From: Malacoraja senta
Lineage: Eukaryota
Reading direction: 5' to 3'
Length of the DNA: 64,000 nt
Assembly (NCBI GenBank): GCA_038087875.1
Contig: CM075989.1
Coordinates: 2,170,001-2,234,000 of the forward strand
The notes under the pieces were generated by a model. The model did not search any database. It worked only from the letters and a program-made list of their open reading frames with translations, and was not told where the DNA came from. Shown one piece after another: positions 1-11,554 of this stretch. Position 1 is the stretch's first letter. Every line of letters begins with the position of its first letter. The position numbers and the translations under genes were made by a program.

Positions 1-420
1 TTCCTTTGTTTCTCTTAAAAATCTCAATGTTTCAGAAGTTTTGAGGTTTGAAAAAAGCTTAAAAAGAGCTTTTCTCTCAGTCCCACTGCTAGGCATAAAG
101 TTCCACTAGTTCCCAAATGCTGGGCAGAGAGAGCATCACCAATGCAGGATAATGGCTCTCCAGAAGTAGTCTTAGAGTAATCAATAATGTACATTTGGTT
201 AACACAAAGAACTGCAGATACCGGTTTACAAAAAAAAAACACATAGTGCTGGAGTAACTTCGGGTCAGACAGCCTCTCGAGAAGACATGGATGGGTGATG
301 TTTTGTGTCAGGACCCTTCTTTTGTGTCAGACCTATGTTTATCTGATCAGTGGAAGAGGCACACAGATAATTGACATCCAGATTGGCTGTGATAGTCTAA
401 CAAGTTGGTTTAAGTTCCAT

Positions 421-780
421 CTTGGATAGAGTGGATGTGGAGACGATGTTTCCACCAGTGGGAGAGTCTAGGACTAGAGGTCATAGCATTAGAATTAAAG
501 GGTGTTCTTTTAGGAAGGAGATGAGGAGAAATGTCTTTAGTCAGAGGGTGGCGAATCTGTGGAATTATTTGCCACTGAAGGCTGTGGAGGCCAAGTCAGT
601 GGATATTTTTAAGGCAGGGATTGATAGATTCTTGATTAGTACATGTGTCAGGGGTTATGGGGAGAAGGCAGGAGAATGGGGTTAGGAGGGAGAGATCGAT
701 CAGCCATGATTGAATGGCGGAGTAACTTTGAAGGGCCGAATGGCCTAATTCTACTCCTATCACTTATGACCTTATGACAT
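421..780 (+). mobile_element. CR1 (HER1-like) LINE 3' fragment
   Basis: ORF 422-685 carries the CR1 ORF2 C-terminus (ESRTRGHS...FSQRVANLWNYLP). It is followed by the 3' hairpin gaagggccgaatggcct and a (ttatgacc)n tail. Confidence 0.9.
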
Positions 781-1099
781 GATCTGTGTAATGTTTGAGA
801 AGGATACCATCAAACATGATTTGACATTGAGCCAGATAGAAAGATGTCAGGAAATGGCAGTAGGATTTGAAGTAGATCTTATAGGAGTAGAGGGAAGCAG
901 AGAGGTGGTTGGGGGGGGGGGGGGGGGGGGTGTATGGGAGGGTGACCTCATGTGTGAATACACATCAAATTACCTGTCAAATGCAATCAGTGCTACTAGG
1001 GTGGCCAGCACAGTAGCCAGGTTTCATGCAGCAGTGAGTTAAATGACCAGTGAGTTGCTGCTGAACATGCTGACAATGTGTAGCGAGTGTGAATGCAGA

Positions 1100-1270
1100 T
1101 ATGGGGCAGCAGTAGAGTTGCTGCCTTACAGCGCCAGAGACCTGGCTTCGATCCTGACTACAGGTGCCGTCTGTACGGAGTTTGCACGTTCTCCCCATGA
1201 CCTGCGTAGGTTTTCTCCGGGTATTCTGATTTCCTCCCACACTCCAAAGATGTACAGGTTTGTAGGTTAA
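1100..1270 (+). mobile_element. V-SINE (HE1-like) 5' part, interrupted; a SINE tail follows at about 1987-2064
   Basis: tRNA-like head with B-box-like cttcgatcc and V-domain gtttgcacgttctcccc; (ctaaa)n tail at 2031-2064. Confidence 0.85.
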
Positions 1271-1970
1271 ATGTTTAAGAAGGAACTGCAGATGCTGGAA
1301 AATCGAAGGTAGACAAAAGTGCTGGAGAAACTCAGCGGGTGCAGCAGCATCTATGGAGCGAAGGAAATAGGCAACGTTTCGGGCCGAAACCCTTCTTCAG
1401 ATTGATGTAGGGTGGGGGGGGGGGTCGGGAAGGAGAAAGGAAGAGGAGGAGCCAGAGGGCTGAGGGAGAGCTGAGAAGGGAAGGAGACAGTGAGGTCTAC
1501 CGGAAATTGGAGAAGTCAATGTTCATGCCGCTGGGGTATAAACTGCCCAAGCGAAACATGAGGTGCTGCTCCTCCAATTTCAGGTGGTCCTCACTCTGGC
1601 CATGGAGGAGGCCCAGGACAGAAAGGTCGGATTCGGAATGGGAGGGGGAGTTGAAGTGCTGGGCCACCGGGAGGTCAGGTTGGTTAATGCGGACCAAGCG
1701 GAGGTGTTGGGCGAAGCGATCGCCGAGCCTACGCTTGGTCTCACCGATGTAGATCAGCTGACATCTAGAGCAGCGGATGCAATAGATGAGGTTGGAGGAG
1801 ATGCAGGTGAACCTCTGTCGCACCTGGAAAGACTGCTTGGGTCCTTGAATGGAGTCAAGGGGGGAGGTAATGTGACAAGTGTAGCTTTACCCCCCCCCCT
1901 TGAAGAAATGCTGCACATGTCGCTCAGATGCTGCCGCACCCGCTGAGTTTCTCCAGCACCTGTTGTCTAA
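1271..1970 (-). mobile_element. Penelope-like element 3' fragment (GIY-YIG endonuclease plus pLTR with hammerhead motif)
   Basis: ORF 1497-1823 (NLIYCIRCSRCQLIYIGETKRRLGDRFAQH...GMN) is a GIY-YIG domain. The downstream terminal repeat holds a hammerhead core. Confidence 0.9.
1373..1400 (-). ncRNA. Minimal type-I hammerhead ribozyme motif
   Basis: Minus strand reads CTGAAGA AGGGTTTCGGCCC GAAACGTT: CUGAnGA and GAAA boxes, a stem II hairpin, and a palindromic ACGU stem III. Confidence 0.75.
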
Positions 1971-2412
1971 CGTCTATTGTCTATTGACGTGGACTCGGTG
2001 GGTCGAAGGGCCTGTTTCCATGCTGCATCTCTAAACTAAACTAAACTATAAACTAAACTAAACTGGGCACCACAGGCCAAGCCCACAGAGAGGGAGGCAA
2101 CGGATGGGGGCTCCAGTGAAGAAAGTAACAACAAGAAGGACACAAAGTGCTGGGGCTAATCAATGGGTTAGGTGTCATCTCTGGAGAATGGACCTTTCTT
2201 CAGTCTGAACAAGCGCCTTCAATGGAAACGGCACTGAGTTACTCCAGCACCTTGAGTCTTTTTTTGTAAACTGCCACCTGCAGTTCCACGTGTCTACAAG
2301 TAACTACAAAGTATGGGAACAGTAGGCTGGTCCCAGCATTTAAAGTTAGAGTGTGGTGTTGGCATACAGGGTACAACTATGGGATACCGGGGAATGCGGC
2401 ACAGAAAAATAC

Positions 2413-2885
2413 TTTAGAGATACAGCATGGAAACAGGCCCTACTGCCCACCGAGCCCACATCAACAGACAAAGACAATAGACAATAGGAGGAGAAGTAGG
2501 CCATTCGGCCCTTCGAGCCAGCACTACCATTCAATGTGATTGTGGCTGATCATCCACAATCAGTACCCCGTTCCTGCCTTCTCCCCATATCCCCTGACTC
2601 CGCTATCTTTAAGAGCTCTATCTAACTCTCTCTTGAAAGTATCGACCAGCGATCCCCGCACATTAACTCTATCCTACACACTAGGGAGATTTTACAATTT
2701 TACCGAAGCCAATTAGCCTACAAACCTAGATACGTCTTTGGAGTGTGGGAGGAAATGGGAACACCCGGAGAAAACCCACGCGGTCACAGGGAGAACGTAC
2801 AAACTCCATACAGACGGCACGCATAGTCAGGATCAAACCCGGGTCTCTAGCACTGTACGGCTGCAACTCTAACGCTGTGCCACCG
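2413..2885 (-). mobile_element. V-SINE with nested CR1 3' end (about 2462-2643)
   Basis: SINE head at 2885 and tail at 2413. A CR1 3' UTR with a (gacaata)n tail is inserted in the SINE tail region. Confidence 0.85.
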
Positions 2886-3604
2886 TATATTTTATTAAGA
2901 ATTAAATTGAGGAGGTTGTCCGGTGAGCGAGAGGCTGCAGTTGCTGGACTCTGGGTCAATGGTAATTCATGAAGTGTTAAAGCTACTATTTTTGGTGGTG
3001 GTGCTGTTAGATGGACAAGGTTGACTGAGCCCGTAATCGGAGTGCAGCTTAAATCACAGCTGTTAGAATGATTGCATGTTTAATGAGGGGCCTGATGTTG
3101 AACATTGCATAGGCACAGCTCCCCTCTCTTTGACAGTGCTGAACTCGGGGACACGACCTGTCGGAAGTCTTTTACATCAGAAATTGCCCGGCAGATTGGC
3201 ATGTACGGAATCGCCAGGGCTGAAGTCCAAACCCAGCCACAGGGAGGGGGCATGGGGGGGGGGGGGGAGCAAGGGTAAAGAGTTCAGGGAAGATGAGCCT
3301 GAAATAATCCTTCCACCTTCCCTTCTCAACTTCCTGCTCTGTGTGGAGCTGCTAGGAATCGAGAGACCTGCTGATGAATCCCAGCCAACAGATTCACCCA
3401 CACACCATCTGCATTTCCCGTCTGACGCTGCTCAGTGCAGCTGGGAACTGTGCACAATGCCCGTGCTGCGATTCATGCAGTTAACTCACTAACGTCACAT
3501 TCTCAGAATTCATTTCACACAGCGAGAGCCACCTCATCCTGTCCCCTCCAACAAGCATCGGCCATTAACAACTGTTCTCCAAACTCTCCTCTCCTCTCCC
3601 CTCC

Positions 3605-4050
3605 CCTTCTCCCCGTGACCTGCGTGGGGTTTCTCCGGGATCTTTAGTTTCCTCCCACATTCCACGTGTACATCGCCGTACAGGTTTGTGGGTTAATTGG
3701 CTTGGAACAAAATGTACAAATTGTCCCCAGTGTGTGTAGGATAGTGTTAAGAGCCTGTCCCACTTTCACGACCTAATTCACGACCTTTTTTACTCGTGGA
3801 CATTTTTCATCAGTTGAAGAAAGGCCCCGACCTACTTGATGCCACGAGTACCTACGACTAGCATCACGACCTACCTACGACTTCGTGACGACCATGCTGC
3901 GAGTGTGAGTCAAGGGCAAACTCGGCAGAGGTCGTGAATTAGGTCGTTAAAGTGCGACAGGCCCTTTAACGTGTGGGGATCGCTGGTCGGCACAGACTCG
4001 ATGGGCCGAATGGCCTTTTTCCACGCTGCATCTCTGAACTAAACTAAACA
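3605..4050 (+). mobile_element. V-SINE (5' truncated) carrying a MITE insertion
   Basis: V-domain and (ctaaa)n tail; split at gtgTTAacgtg by a MITE. Confidence 0.85.
3750..3965. mobile_element. PIF/Harbinger-like MITE (subfamily A)
   Basis: TIRs agagcctgtcccactttcacgacctaattcacgacct / aggtcgtgaattaggtcgttaaagtgcgacaggccct; TTA target-site duplication (3747-3749, 3966-3968) inside a SINE. Confidence 0.85.
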
Positions 4051-4051
4051 G

Positions 4052-4325
4052 CTTTGAGGTGAGAGGGGCCAAGTGCAAAGGGGATGTCCAGAGCAACTCA
4101 TAAACACAGAGAGTGGTGGGTGTCTGGAACATGCTGCCAGGGGTAGTGGTGGAGGCAGATACGATAGTGGTGTTTAAGAGACTTTGAATAGGCACATGGA
4201 TATGCTGGCAATGGAGGCATGTGGATTGTGTGCAGGCAGATAAGAGTTGGTCTTGGCATCATGTTCGGCACGGACATTGTGGGCCGAAGGGCCTGTTCCT
4301 GTGCTGTACTGTTCCATGCTCTATT
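4052..4325 (+). mobile_element. CR1 3' fragment (older family)
   Basis: cacagagagtggtgggtgtctggaac motif and 3' gggccgaagggcctgttcctgtgctgta. Confidence 0.8.
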
Positions 4326-4807
4326 CCTCAACCAACAGGCAGACTGCTCTTGATAATTGTATCTAACACATCGCTGTAACCTCTCAGAAGGAAACATTCC
4401 TATTATTCAGTAATAATAGAATCATTCTATTATTACCGTAATGTGGTGCGATTTTCGAATGCCTCTCTCTGAGAATGACTGCTAACAACAAGTAAATTAT
4501 CCACTCATGCCTTGGGCTGAAGAAGGAGCAGGTTTGCAATGTTATGTCTCTTGAAGACGAAGCCCAACATGATCATTCCAAGCCAACCAATTTCTAGCAC
4601 TCTGCTGTGCCTGGCTCGGTAGACTAACACAAAGGTTAACACCAACGAAGAAGGAATACCCAAGGATTGTCTTTGATAAAATAAATGTAAGCGTGACACT
4701 CATACCAGGAATCAGTGTCCACGCCAAGTTTATGTTTGTTGATGTGTGACATCAAATAACATGCCAGAGCCCATACGTCGATATACCAAAGGGCTCATGG
4801 AACTAGA

Positions 4808-5065
4808 ACATAGAAGATAGAACAGGAACAGGCCCTTTGGCCACAATATCTGTGCTCAACGTAATGCCAAGGCCATCATTTATCTGCCTGCACATAAGCC
4901 ATATATCTCCATTCCCTGCATATCCATGCGCCAAACCAAAAGTCTTTAAAATGCAACTAACGTATCAGCTTCAAACGCCACTGCTGGCAGCGTGTTCCAG
5001 GCACCCATCACCCTCTGTGTAAAAAAACTTGCCCCGTACATCTCCTTTAAATGTTTCCCCCCTCA
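4808..5065 (-). mobile_element. CR1 3' fragment
   Basis: Reverse complement of the same CR1 3' end. Confidence 0.75.
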
Positions 5066-5945
5066 AGACCATCTTACTGATCAAGGATATCCCTAATTTC
5101 AAAAACCCGTGAGAAAACAGAATACAGTATTTTAGTAACATTAATTTGTGTTTTCATTTCAATCAATTCCCGTTGAAAACAAATTCACAAATTCACAAAG
5201 CTTGCTCAGACCAAACCTCCACAACTTGGAAGAGACTGAGAGATGTGGACAACAAAATAACAGAAAGATTATCCCTGCCACGTTTATAATGATTGAGGTC
5301 AACTGCATAGGCCATTCAAGCTAATATGTTGATGATGTCCACATTAAACCTGGTCCCCCCCTTCAGCTCTCAATTCTTAGCCTTGCAGCAACGTTTTACA
5401 AGATGCCTTGTCAATGTCATGGGTTCCTTCCCCCACCTTGTCAGCCCCAAAATGACCACAAAAAAACTCATCTAATTCTAGCTTCAGTTACTCCAAGCTA
5501 ACACAAGATACACTGGATATTTTAACAAGTAATTATTGTTTCAAATATTTAAGGGCCAGAAGCCAATATCAATCAATAACGAAGGCAGGAGCAGGAACCG
5601 AGCCAACAGCAACGCTGGCAATGATTAGCAGAAGTACTGAACAGTCAGCATGAAACAAAAAGCAACACTCACACTGCAAACTGCATCATTAACTACTCTT
5701 ACACACCATACACCACTGGGTTAACCCTTTCAATAACACAGCAACCGCAAGGCAGGTCTTCACTGCAAACCACTCTCTATACAAGTCATCACATTGAACA
5801 TCCAATGCTCAATGGATGAACGAATTATCAATTATAATCCTGAAACTTCTCCTTTGCGTTCCATCTGATGAGTTGTACAACTGTCCTCTTATCTCCTCTG
5901 ACATCCGATCTGCATCTTCCCACCTCATAATTCTCTTCTGAAGGA

Positions 5946-6040
5946 GTCTGAAGAAGGGTTCTGACATGAAACGTCACCTATTCCTTTTCTCCCAGATGCT
6001 GTCTGACCCGCTGAGTTACTCCAGCTTTTTGTGTCTATCA
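5946..6040 (+). repeat. Short Penelope-pLTR-derived repeat with hammerhead motif (5948-5975)
   Basis: ctgaagaagggttctgacatgaaacgtcacctattcc...gatgctgtctgacccgctgagttactccagc. Confidence 0.75.
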
Positions 6041-6379
6041 GCATAATTCTCTTCAATGGTTGACCCTGTACCAGCATAGTTGCTGCTATCTCTCCCCACC
6101 CGTACCATGTCTTATTTCCATATTCCACTCTTCCTGGTGCTCTGCTCTCTTCCATTCTCCCCACTCACTTGAGCTCACTTGAGTTCATCCCAACTCTTAG
6201 AACCCACATACCATCTTGCATTAGCTCCTATCGATTCCTACTCCAGCTACAGGTCAGCTTATTGTTTCAGAGTCCACATTTGTGTGTCCCTTTCAATCTC
6301 TCCAATCCTCAAACCCTCTGAAGCTTCTGTGGGATTTTAACTCTGGCCTTCTGTGACCACCCAACCTCACTGGTGACTC

Positions 6380-6688
6380 TGAGTCTCTTGCCCAGAGTAG
6401 GTGAATCGAGGACCAGAAGACATAGGTTTAAGGAGAAGGGGAAAGATATAATAGGAATCTCAGGGGTAACGTTTTCACACAATGGGTGCTGGTTGTATGG
6501 AACGAGCTGCCTGAGGAGGTAGTTGAAGCTGGGACTATCCCAACATTTTAGAAAGAGTTATACAGGTACAGGACAGGTTTGGAGGGATATGGGCCAAACG
6601 CAGGCAAGTGAGAGTAGTGCAGCTGGGACATTGGCTGGTGTGGACAAGTTGGGCCGAAGGGCCTATTTCCACACTGTATCACTCTATG
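6380..6688 (+). mobile_element. CR1 3' fragment
   Basis: gaatcgaggaccagaagacataggtttaagg...tggaacgagctgcctgagg...gggccgaagggcct. Confidence 0.8.
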
Positions 6689-6799
6689 TCTCCACTATTT
6701 GAACCCCACACTGTGGTTGCCCTCAGGCTCCAGAATTCCTTCCTTAGACCCCTTCACATCTTCACCTTCCTATTCAAGTTTAAAATGCTTCTTAATTAG

Positions 6800-7570
6800 A
6801 CTTTGGTTTGGATTTATTATTGTCACGTGTGTCTAGGTACAGTGAATAACTTTGTTATCAAATCAGATCTATTATACTGAAAGCATTATACTTAATAGAT
6901 GTATTATACTTAATCAAGCCAATCTCAAATATAATAAGCAGAGTAAAGGGGAAGATACGGTGTGCAGAATACAATCCTCAGCATATAGCATAATAGTTCC
7001 ATACACAATGTCCAATATCGGAAATGAGGTAGAGGTGAATTGGACTGCAGTCTAGCTTATGGAAGGACTGAACTTAATAGATAGGCAAGAGGATATGCTA
7101 AATACAATGGTAATGCGATCTCTCATTGACTTTAAACACAAAGTACTGAAGTAACTCAACGGGCCAGGCAGCATCTCTGGACCGGAGTGTGATAACAGAG
7201 GGGAAGAAGCTGTTCCTGAGTCTGGTGGTGCGTGCTTTCAAACCTCTGCATCTTCTGCATGACAGGAGCGGGGAGAAGAAGGAATCACCAGGGTGGGAAA
7301 TGTCATTGATTATGTTGGCTGCTTTTCTGAGGCAGCGTGAAGTGTGGATGGAGTCAATGGTAGGGACTCTGGTGTGTGTGGATGGAGTCAATGGTGGGGA
7401 CTCTGGTGTGTGTGGTGGCCTGAGGCAGCGTGAAGTGTGGATGGTGTCAATGGTGGGGACTCTGGTGTGTGTGGTGGCCTGAGGCAGCGTGAAGTGTGGA
7501 TGGAGTCAATGGTAGGGACTGTGGTGTGTGGTGGCCTGGGTTAAATCTACAATTCTCTGCAAACCCACCT
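6800..7570 (-). mobile_element. Rex1/Babar-like non-LTR retrotransposon 3' fragment (interrupted)
   Basis: ORF 7098-7391 (RCLRKAANIINDISHPGDSFFSPL..RRCRGLKARTTRLRNSFFP) resembles the C-terminus of Rex1/Babar RT proteins. 3' UTR with an AATAAA-containing tail near 6810. Confidence 0.7.
7327..7540. repeat. Tandem repeat (about 60-bp unit, about 3.5 copies) derived from LINE coding sequence
   Basis: ctgaggcagcgtgaagtgtggatggagtcaatggtagggactctggtgtgtgtggtggc repeated. Confidence 0.85.
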
Positions 7571-8231
7571 CTATCATGTGCTCCAACACGATCTCATCTA
7601 TCTTAATGACAAATTTTCCCTCTTGACAAAGCTATAAAGCGCAACATAATTGCGTGTTCGTGTTGTTCTGGGAAGATTGTGATAACCAAGAAGGTCCTCG
7701 TGTTGAAACAAGGAACTGTAGATGTTGGTTAACACAGAGTGTTGAAGTAGTTCAGCAGCTCAGGCAGCACCTCTGGAGATCATGAAAGGTGATGTTTTGG
7801 GTCGGGACCCTTGTTCGGACTATGTGTAAGAGCATGTTACCTGTATGCAAGGACCATTGTAAGCACACTTCATCTCCATGTCTGCACCTTGTGGCCAGAT
7901 ACTCTGATGACTATTAGATAGGTTGCAGAAGTTCCCTTGGGCCTCCTATCTCAACAGATGAGAGAATCACTGTTTAGTGGTGCCTTTTCATCGCTGTTAT
8001 GGCAGTGATCAATCAATCAATGTGTATCAGTAATACACAGTGTCATAACCATATCTGGATGCCTCAACTCCCAGCAAAGGGCAGCAAAAAGAAACTGTCC
8101 CCAGCGGCTGGGGAATAGGAGCGGCAACAAGGAGAAGAAGAAATGGGAAAGCATTAATAACACTCCGCTTCCTTCCGGACACTGCTGCACAATGTTTGAA
8201 TTCAGCTCATACCCATGGATTCACATTTCCA

Positions 8232-8500
8232 AAGTGATAGGAACAGAATTAGGCCATTCGGCCATCGCATATTCCACCAATCAATCATGGCTGATCTATC
8301 TCTCCCTCCTAACCCCATTCTCTGATAACCCCTGACACCAACACAAGTCAAAAATGTATCTATCTCTGCTTTAAAAATATTCATTCATTTGGCCTTCTCA
8401 GCCTTCTGTGGCAATGAATTCCACAGATTCACCACCCTATAGAAATTCTCCTCATCTCCTTCCTAAAGGAACATTCCTTATATCAGAGGCTGTGTCCTTA
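8232..8500 (-). mobile_element. CR1 3' fragment
   Basis: ORF 8202-8384 (NIFKAEIDTFL) and CR1 3' hairpin. Confidence 0.8.
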
Positions 8501-8559
8501 CCCTGTTCTACAGCCCTGGGATGTTGCCTTGCTCACCAAAGGGATCTGAAGCTGCAGTA

Positions 8560-9778
8560 GAAACATAGAAACATAGAAATTAGGTGCAGGAGTAGGCCAT
8601 TCGGCCCTTCGAGCCTGCACCGCCATTCAATATGATCATGGCTGATCATCCAACTCAGTATCCCGTACCTGCCTTCTCTCCATACCCTCTGATCCCTTTA
8701 GCCACAAGGGCCACATCTAGCTCCCTCTTAAATATAGCCAATGAACTGCCTCGACTACCCTCTGTGGCAGAGAGTTCCAGAGATTCACCACTCTCTGTGT
8801 GAAAAAAGTTCTTCTCATCTCGGTTTTAAAGGATTTCCCCCTTATCCTTAAGCTGTGACCCCTTGTCCTGGACTTCCCCAACATCGGGAGCAATCTTCCT
8901 GCATCTAGCCTGTCCAACCCCTTAAGAATTTTGTAAGTTTCTATAAGATCCCCTCTCAATCTCCTAAATTCTAGAGAGTATAAACCAAGTCTATCCAGTC
9001 TTTCTTCATAAGACAGTCCTGACATCCCAGGAATCAGTCTGGTGAACCTTCTCTGCACTCCCTCTATGGCAATAATGTCCTTCCTCAGATTTGGAGACCA
9101 AAACTGTACGCAATACTCCAGGTGTGGTCTCACCAAGACCCTGTACAGCTGCAGTAGAACCTCCCTGCTCCTATACTCAAATCCTTTTGCTATGAAAGCT
9201 AACATACCATTCACTTTCTTCACTGCCTGCTGCACCTGCATGCCTACTTTCAATGGCTGGTGTACCATGACACCCAGGTCTCGCTGCATCTCCCCTTTTC
9301 CTAGTCGGCCACCATTTAGAAAATAGTCTGCTTTCCTGTTTTTGCCACCAAAATGGATAACCTCACGTTTATCCACATTATACTGCATCTGCCAAACATT
9401 TGCCCACTCACCCAGCCTATCCAAGTCACCTTGCAGTCTCCTAGCATCCTCCTCACAGCTAATACTGCCCCCCAGCTTAGTGTCATCCGCAAACTTGGAG
9501 ATATTGCCTTCAATTCCCTCATCCAGGTCATTAATATATATTGTAAATAGCTGGGGTCCCAGCACTGAGCCTTGCGGTACCCCACTAGTCACTGCCTGCC
9601 ATTGTGAAAAGGACCCGTTTACTCCTACTCCTACTCTTTGCTTCCTGCTTGCCAGCCAGTTCTATATCCACATCAATACTGAACCCCCAATGCCATGTGC
9701 TTTAAGTTTGTATACTAATCTCTTATGTGGGACCTTGTCGAAAGCCTTCTGGAAGTCCAGATACACCACATCCACTGA
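8560..9778 (-). mobile_element. CR1 (HER1-like) LINE, 5' truncated, RT domain
   Basis: ORF 8717-9592 with GVPQGSVLGPQLFTIYINDL..KFADDTK and the CR1 C-terminus; 3' UTR with (catagaaa)n tail; frameshift near the end. Confidence 0.95.
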
Positions 9779-10184
9779 CATCATGCAGGGATCTCACCTA
9801 CAGCTGCCAACTACTGGAATTCTGCCCAGGATGGTTGGGCAAGGTTAATGACCACCAAGCCCATGCCACCCAACACACCTCCATCAATGCAACACTGCAT
9901 GGTTTCAATGCTCTGAAACCGCCTTGTGCACAGTTGTATCTTCAGGAATGTAATGGAGACAGGCAGGAGGATATGCTAAATGCATTGGAAATGCCACCTC
10001 TCATTGACTTTAAACACAAAGTAACTCAGCATCTCTGGATGGGAGATCTGGGCGACCCTCTCTCACTGCTCCCCCTCTGAGATTCCTGTTGCTCTCCTGC
10101 TATATTTTTTAATCCGTGTTCTCCAGAGATGCTGCCTGACCCGCTGAGTTTCTCCAGTACTTTGTATCTTTAGCTCAAGATTCC

Positions 10185-10865
10185 AGCAGACACAGTATGG
10201 AAACAGGTCCTTCGGCCCAACAAGTCCATGCCGACCAGCGATCGCTCCATACACTAGAACTATCCTACACATTAGAGATAATTTACAGAAGGGGCAGCAT
10301 GGTGGGACAGCGGTAGAGTTGCTGCCCTGCAGTGCTTTCAGCGCCAGAGACCTGGATTCGATCCCTACTATGGGTGCTTGTCTGTACGGAGTTTGTACGT
10401 TCTCCCCGTGAATGAGTAGGTTTTCTCCGAGATCTTCGGTTTCCTCCCACACTCTGAAGATGTACAAGTTTGTAGGTTAATTAACTTGGTATAAATGTAA
10501 TTTGTCCCTAGTGTGTGCAGGGTGGTGTTAATGTGCGGGGATTGCTGGTCGGTGTGGACTCTGTGGAATTCTCTGCCTCAGAGGGCGGTGGAGGCAGGTT
10601 CTCTGGATGCTTTCAAGAGAGAGCTGGATAGGGCTCTTAAAGATAGCGGAGTCAGGGGATATGGGGATATGGGAGGAACGGGGTACTGATTGGGGATGAT
10701 CAGCCATGATTACATTCAATGCCGGTACTGGCTCGAAGGGCCGAATGGCCTACTCCTGCACCTATTGTCTATTGTCTATTGACTCGGTGGGCTGTATGGC
10801 CTGCTTCCACACTGTATCTCTAAACTAAACTAAACTAAGGCAATTAACCTACAAGCTTGTACGTC
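10185..10865. mobile_element. Triple nest: minus V-SINE containing a plus V-SINE (10291-10838) containing a CR1 3' end (10562-10780)
   Basis: Each host element resumes after the insert; the CR1 is flanked by a gactc duplication (10557-10561 / 10781-10785). Confidence 0.85.
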
Positions 10866-11554
10866 TCTGCAGTTCCTTGTGTCAATTTTGCTATTTTCAT
10901 CTGTGGGGCAAGCTTCAATCATGGTCAAATCCACTGCAGGACAGGCCTAATTCACGTCCAGGTTTTCTCCCCACACACTTCAGTCTAATTCTCATTCATT
11001 GCTAGTTCAGCCAATAAATCACTTCAGCCCTCGGCTCCAGAACATCCCAGTGATGTAAGGCACTCTTTAGTTTCTCTGGCCTGCTCATTACTGGTTAATG
11101 GTGCGTAATATAGAACATTGCCTCATAAGGCATTAACAGTCTGTTTGAAGAAAAAGGTGAGAAGCATGTGCGTCATTTGCTTTCCACATTGCAAGCGCGT
11201 GTGCCTGTGTCTCACTGTCTTCAGTCAACCGCTCTCATGTGCTGGCTTTCAATGTGAAAACAAACCCCGCTATCAACCCAATCCGTTATCGTCTTCTTCT
11301 TTTCCTGTCCATCTTGTTACAAATGTTCACCTCGCTGTCATCGTCGGTCCTGAAAAGGACGCAAGCTTCCGGCAACAATCAGTGGGAGTCATCACTTGTC
11401 GCAATGGATGATGGTGGTAGCAGAATTAGCTCAGGATACTTCCAGTTTCCAGCCCCGCCACGTGGACACTTCTGACCCATTATCGTGCTTCACAATAATT
11501 CAATTAACAGTGCCCAGTCGTGGGATCAATTACCGATGATCTCCCCTCTATCCT

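Noticed and set aside
911..930. Poly-G/C tracts (also 38395-38413, 55078-55100) as regulatory G-quadruplexes
   Set aside because: Simple homopolymers of uncertain length with no supporting context.
1497..1823. GIY-YIG ORFs as stand-alone homing endonuclease genes
   Set aside because: They are C-terminal fragments of Penelope-like retroelements followed by pLTRs.
7327..7540. CRISPR-like repeat array
   Set aside because: No unique spacers, eukaryotic context, and the unit derives from LINE sequence.
8717..9592. 291-aa RT ORF (and the 360-aa ORF at 51824-52906) as a novel retron-like or host gene
   Set aside because: Ordinary truncated CR1 LINE ORF2 fragments with CR1 3' UTRs and frameshifts or deletions.
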